A stretch of DNA of 64,000 nucleotides from Geopsychrobacteraceae bacterium (lineage in GTDB: Bacteria; Desulfobacterota; Desulfuromonadia; Desulfuromonadales; Geopsychrobacteraceae): contig CAXXTB010000002.1 in assembly GCA_963676795.2 (NCBI GenBank), positions 1,344,001 to 1,408,000 of the forward strand, given 5' to 3'. The stretch's first letter is position 1, and the number at the start of each line of letters is the position of its first letter. Under the pieces are notes generated by a model. The model had not been told where the DNA came from. It saw only the letters and a list, made by a program, of their open reading frames with translations, and did no database searches. A program made the translations under genes and the position numbers. Below are positions 1 through 10,136 of this stretch, in pieces.

Positions 1-3000
1 ATGTGGCGGGGCAGCCTGAGTGCAGAAGCCTACGCTGAGCGGATTCGTAATGTCCTGACTGGAGGTGAAAATTCTGTCTTTGAAATGAAGTGGACCGACG
101 CACAGAATCAGCCGCATATCTATGAAGTTACACTTGTTCCGGAAAAGAACAGGGACGGGGAGATCAAAGGTGTGTTTGTCCTGGCCCATGACATCACGCT
201 GCTGAAACAGATCGAGATGCATTATCGCAATCTGACCGATAACTGGCCGGAAGAAATCGCCTGTTTCGATCTGGACTGTCGCAGGACCTATGTCAATCCG
301 TCGATGAAAAAATCGCTTATGCGACGGGGTGGCGATCTCAGTGAGCTGATCGGTACGAAACCGATTGAGTTTCTGCGCGGTAAGCCGGAAGCTGTCGAGT
401 TCGAAAATAAACTCAAGGAAACTATGGAAACAGGGCAAATTATCGATTTCGAGAAAGAATGGCCCTATGATGACGAATCAGGGTTCCGCCATATCCGGAT
501 GGTTCCCGAATATAACATGTTCGGAGAACTGTCCGGCGTTTTTACCATTGCCAAAAACATAACGGTTGAGAAACGGGCTGAACTGGAGCGACAACAGAAC
601 CTGCTGTTCTTTGAGAGTCTGGATCGATTCAACCGTTCTGTTCAGCATTCGAATGATGTCGATCAGGTCATGCACGATGGCCTCGGCGCCCTGTTGCGGA
701 TCTTCGACTGTGATCGGGCGTTTCTTGTTTCCCCCCTTGATCCTGATGCCGATTTTTGCACAATCGAAATGCAGCGTTGCAACGCAGCGCGGAAGGTTGA
801 GGAACTGACCCGCGAGGCGATCGCTGTTGATGATGTCCTGCGCAGGATGACGGAGCTGTTGCTCGCTTCGGATAAGCCTCTTCACTTCGGTTGTGGCAGT
901 CCGCTTGATCTGGCTGCCAAATGGTTTCAGGTTCATCGGGTTTCGGAGCTGGCTGTTGGCCTTTATCCGCGGGTTGGGGAACCCTGGAAACTGGTTCTTC
1001 ATCAGTGCGATTCCGCGCGTGTCTGGAATGAATTCGAAGTACGTCTCTTCGATGAGATTGGTAAACGCTTCTGTGATGCGCTGACAGCAACCCTGACTTA
1101 CCGAAACCTGCAGAACAGTGAAAAATTCCTCGACAATATTATCGACAACATTCCGTTGACCCTCTTTGTCAAGGACGCAGAGCAGTTACGTTTTGTCCGG
1201 ATCAACAAAGCCGGTGAGCAACTGCTCGGGTATGCGGAAGGGGAGATTCTCGGAAAGAATGATCAGGATATCTTCCCGCAAGAGCAGGCTGAACATTTCA
1301 GGCAAATAGATCGGCAGGTTCTGACTGGGCAACAAAAGGTCGCTGTGTCCGAGGAAGCCATGACCGACAGGGGCAACCGCCAGCGTATTCTGCTGACCAA
1401 AAAAATCGCGATTACCGATAAGCGGGGGCAGCCCGAGTTTCTGCTCGGCATCTCCGAGGACATAACTGAACTGAAAGAGTCGCAGAAGACCATTCATAAG
1501 TTCACCCAGGCTATCCTGCAAAGCCCCTCTCTCTTTGTTCTGCTGACCCCGGACGGGGTTGTCGAATTCGTCAATCAGAAGTATACCGACTTGCATGCTG
1601 TGCCCTATTCCGATGTCGTGGGGCGGCCGGTTACGAAGATCAGCGGTCTGGAGATCAGTGACGCGCTGTTCGGGAGCATCAAAGAGGCTATCCGTGTCCA
1701 GGGTATCTGGCGTTCGGAACGCAGTCGCGATGAGGGGAAGATCTGGGAATTGTTGCAGGTATCTCCTATCTATGCCGGCGGTCCAGCGGACCAGGTCATA
1801 AGTCATTATATTCTGACCATCAATGATATCTCCGATCAGAAGACTCTGGAAGATCAGCTTTACCAGTCTCAGAAGATGGAAGCTGTCGGTCAATTGGCCG
1901 GTGGTATTGCCCATGATTTCAACAACATGCTCGGGGTCATCCTGGGCCGAACCGATCTGCTACTGCACGGAGTGGGGGCGGAGAGCCCACAGCTTGAATC
2001 GATCCGGGAGATCAGGAATGCTGCAATACGTTCTGCTGAGCTGACCCGTCAATTGCTCGCTTTTGCAAGAAAGGAGACCGTCTCACCTGTTGTCGTCGAT
2101 CTGAACAGTTCGGTCGAAAACAGCCTGAAGATGCTCCGGCGCCTGATTGGCGAGGATATCTCGCTCAAATGGCTGCCCGCCGAGCCGCTTTGGCCGGTCA
2201 AGATCGACCCTTCCCAGCTGGATCAGGTCCTGGCGAATCTCTGTGTTAACGCACGTGACGCCATCAGCGGGGTTGGTGTGATCACCATTGAGACAGGTAA
2301 TCTGAGCATCGATGCCTCATATGCCCGCATTCATGCCGATTTTACCCCGGGTGATTTTGTCCAGTTATCGGTCAGTGACAGCGGCTGCGGAATGTCACCG
2401 CAGCAGCTGAACAGGATTTTTGATCCGTTCTATACAACCAAGAGGCAGGGGGAGGGGACCGGATTGGGGCTGTCGACCGTTTACGGTATCGTTAAACAAA
2501 ACGGCGGTTTTATCAATGTCTACAGTGAGCCAGGACATGGTTCGCATTTTCGTATTTATCTGCCCAGGTCCACCGATGAAAGGGTTGCGGTGGCGGAAGC
2601 CGGATTTGCCGCGCAGATCCCTCGTGGCCAGGAGACGATCCTGCTGGTTGAGGATGACGAGACGATTCTTGAAACAGAAAAAGAGATGCTGGAAATTCTC
2701 GAATATCAGGTCCACGCCGCGGCGACACCCGGAGAAGCCTTGCGGATCGCAGAACAATTGGCTGGGGACATTCAGCTGATGATTACCGATGTCATCATGC
2801 CGGAAATGAACGGTCGTGAGCTGGCTTTGCAGATCAAGGAAAAATATCCGCATATCAGCATTCTCTTTATGTCCGGTTACACAAACGATATCATCGCCAG
2901 TAACGGAATCCTTGAGGAGAATACCTGCTTTATTCAAAAACCCTATTCGCTGGGGACTCTCGCCGAGAAGGTACGCGAAGCGCTTGACAGCAAGTCGTGT

Positions 3001-3015
3001 TCAGTGCCTCTGTAA
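1..3015 (+). CDS. Hybrid sensor histidine kinase (multiple PAS/PAC, GAF, HisKA, HATPase, C-terminal receiver); possibly 5'-truncated by the window edge
   Basis: H-box AGGIAHDFNNML, N-box NLCVNARDA, G-boxes DSGCGM and GEGTGLGL, F-box FDPFYTTK, receiver LLVEDD...TDVIMPEMNG...FMSGY...KP; the translation starts within a PAC-like segment. Confidence 0.93.
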   Translation: MWRGSLSAEAYAERIRNVLTGGENSVFEMKWTDAQNQPHIYEVTLVPEKNRDGEIKGVFVLAHDITLLKQIEMHYRNLTDNWPEEIACFDLDCRRTYVNPSMKKSLMRRGGDLSELIGTKPIEFLRGKPEAVEFENKLKETMETGQIIDFEKEWPYDDESGFRHIRMVPEYNMFGELSGVFTIAKNITVEKRAELERQQNLLFFESLDRFNRSVQHSNDVDQVMHDGLGALLRIFDCDRAFLVSPLDPDADFCTIEMQRCNAARKVEELTREAIAVDDVLRRMTELLLASDKPLHFGCGSPLDLAAKWFQVHRVSELAVGLYPRVGEPWKLVLHQCDSARVWNEFEVRLFDEIGKRFCDALTATLTYRNLQNSEKFLDNIIDNIPLTLFVKDAEQLRFVRINKAGEQLLGYAEGEILGKNDQDIFPQEQAEHFRQIDRQVLTGQQKVAVSEEAMTDRGNRQRILLTKKIAITDKRGQPEFLLGISEDITELKESQKTIHKFTQAILQSPSLFVLLTPDGVVEFVNQKYTDLHAVPYSDVVGRPVTKISGLEISDALFGSIKEAIRVQGIWRSERSRDEGKIWELLQVSPIYAGGPADQVISHYILTINDISDQKTLEDQLYQSQKMEAVGQLAGGIAHDFNNMLGVILGRTDLLLHGVGAESPQLESIREIRNAAIRSAELTRQLLAFARKETVSPVVVDLNSSVENSLKMLRRLIGEDISLKWLPAEPLWPVKIDPSQLDQVLANLCVNARDAISGVGVITIETGNLSIDASYARIHADFTPGDFVQLSVSDSGCGMSPQQLNRIFDPFYTTKRQGEGTGLGLSTVYGIVKQNGGFINVYSEPGHGSHFRIYLPRSTDERVAVAEAGFAAQIPRGQETILLVEDDETILETEKEMLEILEYQVHAAATPGEALRIAEQLAGDIQLMITDVIMPEMNGRELALQIKEKYPHISILFMSGYTNDIIASNGILEENTCFIQKPYSLGTLAEKVREALDSKSCSVPL

Positions 3016-3166
3016 ATTGAATTCATCAGATCTTTTTTTGTGTCGCTAATTGACTCCGGCTGTTGCCATCTATTACAACAGTTACGGTATGTTATAAATC
3101 ACAAGAACATGAATTGTATTGATGCTGATCTGCATTTTTTCCCGATAGATAACCAGAGGTTTTGTT

Positions 3167-4762
3167 ATGACGCAAGAAAGTAAGCAACAGGTCGATATCG
3201 TTGTTGTCGGTCTTGGCCCGGCCGGTCTGCTCAGCTGCCTGTTGATGGGCCGTAAAGGTTACAGGGTCGTTGGCATTGATCGCTGGCCAGCTCCCTATCC
3301 GCTGCCGCGGGCCGTGACCATGGACCATGAAATCGCTCGTTTCCTCTCTTCCATCGGCATCAATGCCAACGATGATCCGGCCATCGAGTATTACGACGAA
3401 CCTTACACCTGGCTCAACGGTGAAGATAATGTTCTGTTTGATATCGACTGGTTTTCCAGGGCCTCCGATGGTTGGCGCACCACCTACTGGTTCAATCAGC
3501 CGGATCTGGAGGATCGCTTGCGGGGTATTCTGACCTCGTTGCCGAATGTCGAACTGAAGCCGGGTTACGAGGTGACGGAGATGACGCAGGACGCTGAGGG
3601 TGTCAGCCTCTGTTATAAGGAAGTGCGTGTCGATGAGAGTGGCACCCGCACGGAAATTCTGGAAAACGGCCGTGAGGGCTGTCTGCGTGGCCGCTATGTT
3701 ATCGGCGCGGACGGGGCGAACAGTTTTGTCCGAAAGTCAGTCGGTTATGACTATGTCGATCTGAACTTCTATGACGACTGGATCGTCGTCGATGTGACAC
3801 CGAAGGTCATGCCGGAGTACCGTTCGGCCTATTTTCAGGTCTGCGATCCTAAGCGTCCGACCTCGGTTGTTCCCGGTGGCCCGGGGCGGCGGCGCTGGGA
3901 ATTCATGGTGCTCCCCGGCGAAGATCCGCAGGAACTGGCCAAGCCCGAGAATGTCTGGAAGATGCTCGAGCCATTCGCTATGACGCCTGAGAATGCTCGC
4001 CTCGATCGTGCCGTCGCCTGGCGTTTTCAGGGTAAATACCTGGAGAACTGGCGCGCCGGTCGGGCCCTGTTGCTCGGAGATGCTGCCCATTTGATGCCGC
4101 CTTTTGCCGGAGAAGGGATGTGTGCGGCGGTCCGGGACGTCAACAATCTTGTCTGGCGTCTCGATCTGGTTCTGCAGGAGAAGGCGCAGATTCAACTGCT
4201 TGATGAGTGGTCGAATGAGCGGCGTGATCATGTCCGCTATTATATCGATTTTTCCGTCAACCTTGGTCGGATTATCTGTGTGACCGACTCGGATGAGGCC
4301 TCCGCCCGCGATTGTAAGATGCTGGCGGAACGTGCGGAAAGCCCTGCTCCGATTGCCCCGCATCAGGCCCGCCTCGGGAGCGGAACCTGGTACAGTCAGG
4401 ACGAAAGATCGGGGCGGCCGAGCATTCAGGGTGTTGTCGCCTATAAGGGGGGGACGGGACTTTTTGATGATGCTGTCGGACGCGGCTGGTTTCTGCTGGT
4501 AAAATGCGGCGCAGAACAGCCGTTCAATGATGAGCAGTTACGCAAGTTCTCTCTGATCGGCGGTCAGGTTGTTACAGTAGGCCCTCGTGGCAGTGGTTCA
4601 GATGTTATTGATCTGGAGAATACCTATGGGGGCTGGATGGATGAGCAGGGGATCGATTATCTCCTGATCCGGCCGGACTTTTTTGTCGCTGCCACCGCCC
4701 GGTCTGCTGATGAGTTGCGTCATGCTTTCGAGGGAATATCCGGGTTTATCTCCGAAAAGTAA
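3167..4762 (+). CDS. FAD-dependent aromatic monooxygenase, MhpA/3-(3-hydroxyphenyl)propionate hydroxylase-like
   Basis: GLGPAG Rossmann motif, PRAV, QPDLE, IGADGANSFVR (DG motif), LLGDAAHLMPPFAGEGM (GD motif), C-terminal LIRPD. Confidence 0.85.
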   Translation: MTQESKQQVDIVVVGLGPAGLLSCLLMGRKGYRVVGIDRWPAPYPLPRAVTMDHEIARFLSSIGINANDDPAIEYYDEPYTWLNGEDNVLFDIDWFSRASDGWRTTYWFNQPDLEDRLRGILTSLPNVELKPGYEVTEMTQDAEGVSLCYKEVRVDESGTRTEILENGREGCLRGRYVIGADGANSFVRKSVGYDYVDLNFYDDWIVVDVTPKVMPEYRSAYFQVCDPKRPTSVVPGGPGRRRWEFMVLPGEDPQELAKPENVWKMLEPFAMTPENARLDRAVAWRFQGKYLENWRAGRALLLGDAAHLMPPFAGEGMCAAVRDVNNLVWRLDLVLQEKAQIQLLDEWSNERRDHVRYYIDFSVNLGRIICVTDSDEASARDCKMLAERAESPAPIAPHQARLGSGTWYSQDERSGRPSIQGVVAYKGGTGLFDDAVGRGWFLLVKCGAEQPFNDEQLRKFSLIGGQVVTVGPRGSGSDVIDLENTYGGWMDEQGIDYLLIRPDFFVAATARSADELRHAFEGISGFISEK

Positions 4763-4849
4763 TGACAACCTCAGCTTTTCGATTGTTGTCAGGATGGCTT
4801 TTCGGCGGTCTCTGACGTTTTCTCATTTACAAAGGATTGGAATCGGCTT

Positions 4850-5683
4850 ATGGCGACTGTGACGAATGATCTCGCTAGGAAGCGTGTATATGTAATCTCG
4901 GATGGTATTGGCCAGAGTGCAACGACCATCATGGAAGCCTGTCTGATACAGTTCAATGTTTCGGCCTCGATGTTGCGGGTTTTTTCCAGGGTCACCGATC
5001 CGGAAAAGATTAAAGAGATCATCAATAAGGCAAAAGAGAAGGACGCTTTTGTCGCGTACACGATCGCGAGTACTGAGAACCGAGAGCTTGTCCATCAGCT
5101 CTGCGAGCGTGAAGGTTTGTTGCATCATGATATCCTCGGTCCGCCGATCGAGAAACTTTCGAGCTATCTTGGCAGCGTTGCCCAGGAAGGCGCCAATCTT
5201 CTGCGGCGGGTCGACAGTGATTATTTCAAGCGGATCGATGCTATCGAATTTACGATGAAGTACGATGACGGTCTTGATGCCAAAAAGGTCGCTGAAGCGG
5301 ACATCATTATCCTTGGTCTGTCCCGGACATCCAAGACTCCTACGTCTTATTTTCTCGCGCAACAAGGCTATAAAGTCGTCAACATCCCGATTGTTCCTGA
5401 GATCCCGATCCCGAACGAAATCTTCGAGGTGGACCAGAACCGGATTGTTTGCCTGGTGATGGATTCCGAAGTCCTGCAGAAAGTCAGAAGTGCCAGAGTC
5501 AAGAACTACAAGACCAAAAGTAACTATACCGATTTGATGCGTATTTTTAACGAGATGGAAATGGTTTACGAGCTGCTCAAGAAAAATCGCAAATGGCATG
5601 TTGTCGATACGACAAACAAGTCGGTCGAAGAGACAGCGCGGGAGATTACGGCAATGATCTTTGGGCAGGCTCAGGATTACTGA
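4850..5683 (+). CDS. PEP synthase / pyruvate-phosphate dikinase regulatory kinase-pyrophosphorylase (DUF299)
   Basis: ISDGIGQSA, YFKRIDAIEF..KYDDG, GLSRTSKTPTS.LA, DTTNKSVEETA motifs. Confidence 0.92.
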   Translation: MATVTNDLARKRVYVISDGIGQSATTIMEACLIQFNVSASMLRVFSRVTDPEKIKEIINKAKEKDAFVAYTIASTENRELVHQLCEREGLLHHDILGPPIEKLSSYLGSVAQEGANLLRRVDSDYFKRIDAIEFTMKYDDGLDAKKVAEADIIILGLSRTSKTPTSYFLAQQGYKVVNIPIVPEIPIPNEIFEVDQNRIVCLVMDSEVLQKVRSARVKNYKTKSNYTDLMRIFNEMEMVYELLKKNRKWHVVDTTNKSVEETAREITAMIFGQAQDY

Positions 5684-5706
5684 GCCAGTACTGCTTCATC
5701 ATAATG

Positions 5707-5753
5707 CGGTTCTGCCCATTAGATAAGCGCAGCTTATCTAATGGGCAGAACCG
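5707..5753. terminator. Perfect 22-bp hairpin between convergent genes (a second GC hairpin follows at about 5756-5778)
   Basis: CGGTTCTGCCCATTAGATAAGC-GCA-GCTTATCTAATGGGCAGAACCG. Confidence 0.7.
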
Positions 5754-5797
5754 GAAAGACTCCGCGGGGCGGAGTTTTGATTGATAAGTCCTTATCT

Positions 5798-6523
5798 TTA
5801 CTCATGCTGGTGCGGAACGTCGCCGTGGATATGGGCATGGGTGTGCTGATGCAGTGATACCTGCTGGTCAGTGTTGATCCGGCCGTTGCTCAGGGCGTAG
5901 ATTTTTTCGGTGACGCGGTCGAGAAAGTCAAAGTCATGCGAGATGATGATGTAGCTGATCTTCAGCTCGGAGAGGATGTGCTGAAAATTGGCGCGCGTTC
6001 TTTCATCCAGCCCATTGGTCGGCTCATCCAGCAACAGCACTTCCGGCTTCATCGCCATCAGGGTCGCCAGTGAGACCAGTTTCTTCTCGCCGCCGGAGAG
6101 GCGATGGGTCAGGCGCTCTTCAAACGTCTCCAGACCAAGCAGTTTGAGTGTTTCCCTGGCCGTCTCTCTGGCCTGTTCAGGGCTGAAACCAAGGTTGAGC
6201 GGTCCGAAGGCCACATCTTCCAGAACCGTCGGGCAGAACAGCTGATCGTCGGCATCTTGAAACAGCAGGCCGATTTTTCTTCTGGCGCCGACAAAGTCCT
6301 TCTCACTGCTTAACGGCTTGCCAAAGGCTTCTATCCGGCCGCTGGCGGCTTTGAGCAGGCCGACGGCGAGATGGAAGAGGGTGGTCTTGCCGATACCGTT
6401 CGGGCCGGTCAGGCCGATCGTTTCCCCCTTGTGCAGTTCAAAGTTCAGGCCATCGAGGATAACCCTGCCGTCGGGATAGGCAAAGGAAATATCGGAAAAT
6501 TTCAGAACAGGTGTGTTTGCCAT
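5798..6523 (-). CDS. nikO: ECF transporter ATPase NikO/CbiO with His-rich C-terminal tail
   Basis: Walker A GPNGIGKT, FQDADDQLF, LSGGEKK, LLLDEPT; tail HQHTHAHIHGDVPHQHE; start moved to the ATG at 6523. Confidence 0.88.
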   Translation of the reverse strand: MANTPVLKFSDISFAYPDGRVILDGLNFELHKGETIGLTGPNGIGKTTLFHLAVGLLKAASGRIEAFGKPLSSEKDFVGARRKIGLLFQDADDQLFCPTVLEDVAFGPLNLGFSPEQARETARETLKLLGLETFEERLTHRLSGGEKKLVSLATLMAMKPEVLLLDEPTNGLDERTRANFQHILSELKISYIIISHDFDFLDRVTEKIYALSNGRINTDQQVSLHQHTHAHIHGDVPHQHE

Positions 6524-7263
6524 TCGATACCAGTCATGAGCAATACAATAATGACAAAAGTGCCGGCCCAATACCAATCCTGCCGACGCAGGGCCAGCTG
6601 CTCAAGGCTGTAAAAGCGTCCCTGAAAACCCCGACAGATCATTGCCTTGTGAACCTGGTCCGCACGCAGGTAAGAACGCAGAAAGAGCATGCCGACCAGG
6701 TAGGCGTAGGTGCGGTAGGTATGCACGTTGGTGCCGGGAATGAAGCAACGCAGTTTGATCGCGTTCTCCAGACGGCGGTATTCCTGCTCAATAACGAAGA
6801 TGTAACGATAGCAAAAGAGCAGCAGATAAACCAGTTTTTCCGGAATTTTGAGCTTCTGCAGGGCGTAGCCGATAGTAGCGACCGAGGTGGTTGCAGTCAG
6901 ACTCATGAACAGCAACAGCAGGGTTATTGCCTTGATGGAAATCTGGCCGCTCAGGGTCAACCCTTCCAGGGTCAGCTGTAGCGGGCCCAAAGCGACCAGT
7001 GCACTGCCTTTGATGGTGAAGGGGAGGGCAATCCACAGAAACAGCAGAAAACCGCAGGCCGGCAGCAGCCGTTTCAGGACCGTGGCCGGCTTGAGAGTGG
7101 TCAGGCTGATCATGGTCAGAGTGATGACAAGTGCGAAGCAGAGGCTGCTCCAACGATAGGAGAGTGCAACCGCGAAGGAAAAGACGACGACAAAAATAAC
7201 CTTCAGGCGGGTGTCGATACGCGCCAGACAGCTGTCGGTGAGAATGGTAGTCTCATTGATCAT
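6502..7263 (-). CDS. nikQ: ECF transporter T component NikQ/CbiQ
   Basis: DTRLK N-terminus, multiple TM helices, YRYIFV, LRCF, RADQVHKAMICRGFQG. Confidence 0.88.
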   Translation of the reverse strand: MINETTILTDSCLARIDTRLKVIFVVVFSFAVALSYRWSSLCFALVITLTMISLTTLKPATVLKRLLPACGFLLFLWIALPFTIKGSALVALGPLQLTLEGLTLSGQISIKAITLLLLFMSLTATTSVATIGYALQKLKIPEKLVYLLLFCYRYIFVIEQEYRRLENAIKLRCFIPGTNVHTYRTYAYLVGMLFLRSYLRADQVHKAMICRGFQGRFYSLEQLALRRQDWYWAGTFVIIVLLMTGIEWQTHLF

Positions 7264-7286
7264 AGCGGTTGATTCTCTGTGCCATG

Positions 7287-7892
7287 TTATTTGCGCCGAT
7301 AGCGGACCCAGGCGGCAATGCCCATCAGTCCGCAGATGTAGCCGATACCGGCGATGATGTCGTGCACTGACGGACCGGGTTGTTGCAGGTTGGCCAGCGC
7401 CGAGTTGACCGGTTTGAGTTTGCGTTCCATGATCCTGTCGACGATCTCTTCGAGCTGCCTTTGATCCATCCGGGAGCTGTCCCTTTGCTCCGGCTGGAGA
7501 GTTGGAGTCTCTTTTTTAGTTGGCTTGGCAGTGCTCTCCAGCGCGTCAGCGTCGATCTCGCTCAGGGGGATGTCCCATTCAGCGCGATGGCCCATGGTGG
7601 CGATAAGCACAACCTTTAGAGCTGTTTTTTGAGGGATCGTAAAGGAAAATTCACCGTTTTCATTGGTTGTCCCGTTAAGCAGCAATCTGGCGTTGTCATC
7701 GTAGACCTCGATTGTGCCCTTGTTGACCTTGGTGCCGCCAGCGAATTTGCTCTGGGTGTGGACCGTCCCCTCTTCAACCCAGGCGAAAACATTGACCCGG
7801 TGGGCCTGGGCTTGCAGCGGCAGCAGAAGGACAAGGCAGATCAGCAAGAACAGTGGAGTGATGAGCCTGAGTTCGAAACGGTTAGCGATCAT
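7287..7892 (-). CDS. nikL: NikL/CbiL-type accessory subunit (signal peptide, periplasmic domain, C-terminal TM)
   Basis: AQA-HRVNVFAWVE, GHRAEW, C-terminal DIIAGIGYICGLMG; located between nikM and nikQ. Confidence 0.7.
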   Translation of the reverse strand: MIANRFELRLITPLFLLICLVLLLPLQAQAHRVNVFAWVEEGTVHTQSKFAGGTKVNKGTIEVYDDNARLLLNGTTNENGEFSFTIPQKTALKVVLIATMGHRAEWDIPLSEIDADALESTAKPTKKETPTLQPEQRDSSRMDQRQLEEIVDRIMERKLKPVNSALANLQQPGPSVHDIIAGIGYICGLMGIAAWVRYRRK

Positions 7893-8508
7893 GAGCTGAT
7901 TGCTCCTGTCTGTGAATGGTGAAGATTTCCGGCTGGACCTTGGTTAAAAATGCAATGCAGAACGCCGTGATGATTCCTTCGATCAGCATGATTGGCAGAT
8001 GGGCGGTCACCAGCAACAGGGCAACTTCTAAAAAATCCTCATTGGCAAAGACCAGGGCAATAGCTGCCAGCAGGCCGGCCAGCAACACTCCGAGCAGTCC
8101 GCTGCAAAAGGCCGCAGGCAGGCGCAGCTGTGGTTTCAGCCTGATGCCGAAACGGAAAGCGTAGCAGGCCACAACTGCAGGAACAGCCATGACAACCGTA
8201 TTGACACCAAGAGTGGTGATCCCGCCGTACTGAAAGAGAACAGCCTGCAGCAGGAGGGCAACCAGAATCACGGGGAAGGCGCTCCAGCCGAGCAACAGAC
8301 CAACCAGGCCGTTCATGATCAGATGGACATTCGATGGTCCCAGCGGCACATGGATCAAGGACGCGACAAAGAAACAGGCGGCAAGAATTCCGGCCTGGCC
8401 GGTCCGGTCGAAATCAAGTTTTTTCAGCCCGATCGCCGTTCCGGCAACGGCAATTGCGGCTCCGCCGATAAGCACCGGAGCATTGAGGACTCCTTCAGAG
8501 ATGTGCAT
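7882..8508 (-). CDS. nikM: ECF S component NikM/CbiM
   Basis: N-terminal metal-binding MHISEG, HVPLGPSNVHL, LQAVLFQYGGITTLGVN. Confidence 0.9.
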   Translation of the reverse strand: MHISEGVLNAPVLIGGAAIAVAGTAIGLKKLDFDRTGQAGILAACFFVASLIHVPLGPSNVHLIMNGLVGLLLGWSAFPVILVALLLQAVLFQYGGITTLGVNTVVMAVPAVVACYAFRFGIRLKPQLRLPAAFCSGLLGVLLAGLLAAIALVFANEDFLEVALLLVTAHLPIMLIEGIITAFCIAFLTKVQPEIFTIHRQEQSAHDR

Positions 8509-8528
8509 CTGTCGCCTTCTGCTAATAA

Positions 8529-8561
8529 AATGCCGGATCCCCTGGTGTAGAATCCGGCATT
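8529..8561 (-). terminator. Intra-operon hairpin between nikK and nikM
   Basis: AATGCCGGAT...ATCCGGCATT 10-bp inverted repeat followed by a T-rich run on the minus strand. Confidence 0.5.
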
Positions 8562-8580
8562 GGATCGTTTATGTGAACTG

Positions 8581-9360
8581 TTACCTGGTTTGCCAATCGC
8601 TGAATTCTACCCACAGAACCGCACCAAGTTCCACATCTTTTTCAACGCCGTCATGGATGATTGTCTCGTCAGCGGTATTCAGAGCGGCAAAACCCCACCA
8701 GCCCGCCCTGGGCGGAGTGTAGGTAAAGACCCCGTTGGCATCGGCTTTGACGACCTGGGTGATCATGTATTCGGTTGGGGCCTCTGTCGCACCGTCACGA
8801 TTGTAGAATTCGACCTCGACTTCGGCAAAGGGGACAACCTCGCCATCGAGTTTGACAATTCCCTGAAAGCTGTTGCCGGCATAGAGTCCGAAGGGGCGGG
8901 TCAGCGGGACGATTTCAGTCTTGAGGCCGAGCTCAGCATCCCAGCCTTCTTCATCACCGAATGCAGCAACGACCGTTTTTGTGTAATGGATGATGAAACA
9001 GTCCTCGGCCGGTTCCCAGTAGGGTTTTGGCTGCATATAGAACTGGTAGATGCCCGGGCGCTTAACCGGGTAGTCGAGTTGCCAGCTTTTCTGGCCCATG
9101 ATCTTGACCTCGCTGAGCTTCTTGAGCAGATCAGTTGTCTGGCCATTGCTGACGACGCTGAAGACCTGTGGTTGCTCGAGGTTCATGCCAGCGCCTTCAA
9201 AGGGATGTGAAAATGAGGCTTCGATCCGGACCGTTCTGGCATCGTTCTGCATGACCATTGAATCCGACGGAATCAGCATGCCGAAATGGGCTGAGGCTGT
9301 AGTTGCCTGTGTCAGACAGAACAGGGCTGCGATGATAAGAAGATTGAAAGGTTTGAACAT
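8581..9360 (-). CDS. nikK: Periplasmic DUF4198/NikK-type protein
   Basis: Signal peptide ending [50 protein letters not shown] before the ATG at 9360. Confidence 0.75.
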   Translation of the reverse strand: MFKPFNLLIIAALFCLTQATTASAHFGMLIPSDSMVMQNDARTVRIEASFSHPFEGAGMNLEQPQVFSVVSNGQTTDLLKKLSEVKIMGQKSWQLDYPVKRPGIYQFYMQPKPYWEPAEDCFIIHYTKTVVAAFGDEEGWDAELGLKTEIVPLTRPFGLYAGNSFQGIVKLDGEVVPFAEVEVEFYNRDGATEAPTEYMITQVVKADANGVFTYTPPRAGWWGFAALNTADETIIHDGVEKDVELGAVLWVEFSDWQTR

Positions 9361-9434
9361 GTAAGCCTCCGGTAGATTTTTGTCTGCTTGCAATTCATGA
9401 GTGTGAGACAGAAAAGCATATTCGTGACAAAAAG

Positions 9435-9461
9435 TGAATACGAAATTTAAATACGTGCTAC
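9435..9461. promoter_or_regulatory. Candidate NikR operator upstream of nikK
   Basis: TGAATAC-N13-GTGCTAC, two half-sites with an AT-rich 13-bp spacer, about 75 bp upstream of nikK and next to nikR. Confidence 0.55.
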
Positions 9462-9503
9462 CGGGCTGTGTCGTAATTGCTTGTGGGGGGAAGGCAGTCA
9501 GGG

Positions 9504-9923
9504 TCAGCCCAGGCTTTCCCCGCTCGATGTAATAACCAGTTTGCCGTGTTTGACGCCGCGCGTGCCGATCATCTCGTCAGCCATCTGCCTGACGGTCCGG
9601 CTGCGCCCCTTGACGACAATGACCTCAAGACAGTTTTCCGCATCGAGGTGGATATGCAGGGACGAGAGGACCGATTCGTGATGACTGTGCTGATGGTGAG
9701 TCAGCTGCTTGGCCAGTTCGCGGGTGTGGTGGTTGTAGACCAGGGTGATGGTGCCGATGATCTCTTCATCGTCTTTGCCCGCCTGTTCCTCAATCAGTGC
9801 TTTGCGGATCAGATCGCGGATCGCTTCAGATCGGTTCATATAGCCCTTGTCGGCAATCAGGTCGTCAAACTGCTGCAGGAGCTGGGTGTTGATGGAGATT
9901 CCGAAGCGGGTCAAATCTGACAT
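9504..9923 (-). CDS. nikR: Nickel-responsive regulator NikR
   Basis: RHH domain RFGISI...[14 protein letters not shown]; metal site [23 protein letters not shown]. Confidence 0.95.
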   Translation of the reverse strand: MSDLTRFGISINTQLLQQFDDLIADKGYMNRSEAIRDLIRKALIEEQAGKDDEEIIGTITLVYNHHTRELAKQLTHHQHSHHESVLSSLHIHLDAENCLEVIVVKGRSRTVRQMADEMIGTRGVKHGKLVITSSGESLG

Positions 9924-10064
9924 GGGGGCCTCTTTGGCTGAAGTCAATTTTTCCGGTCATGCATGAGTCTGGTTTGAAGCAACAGTCATTTCTATCTCAT
10001 AAAACGTCTGTGGTGTCCATTGCTTGGGAACAATTTGTGGTTATGCCGGAGAGGAAAAAGCGAG

Positions 10065-10109
10065 ACAGCGGCAGAGCTCTTGTCATTATGGCGTGAGCAC
10101 TGCCGCTGT
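10065..10109 (-). terminator. Probable intrinsic terminator downstream of glcF
   Basis: ACAGCGGCAG...CTGCCGCTGT stem followed by a T-run on the minus strand. Confidence 0.55.
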
Positions 10110-10136
10110 ATTTGGCCTGGTGCGGGAGAGCAGGAC

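Noticed and set aside
9361..9503. Cobalamin riboswitch upstream of the cbiM-like operon
   Set aside because: The region is short and AT-rich with no B12-box elements; adjacent nikR explains regulation
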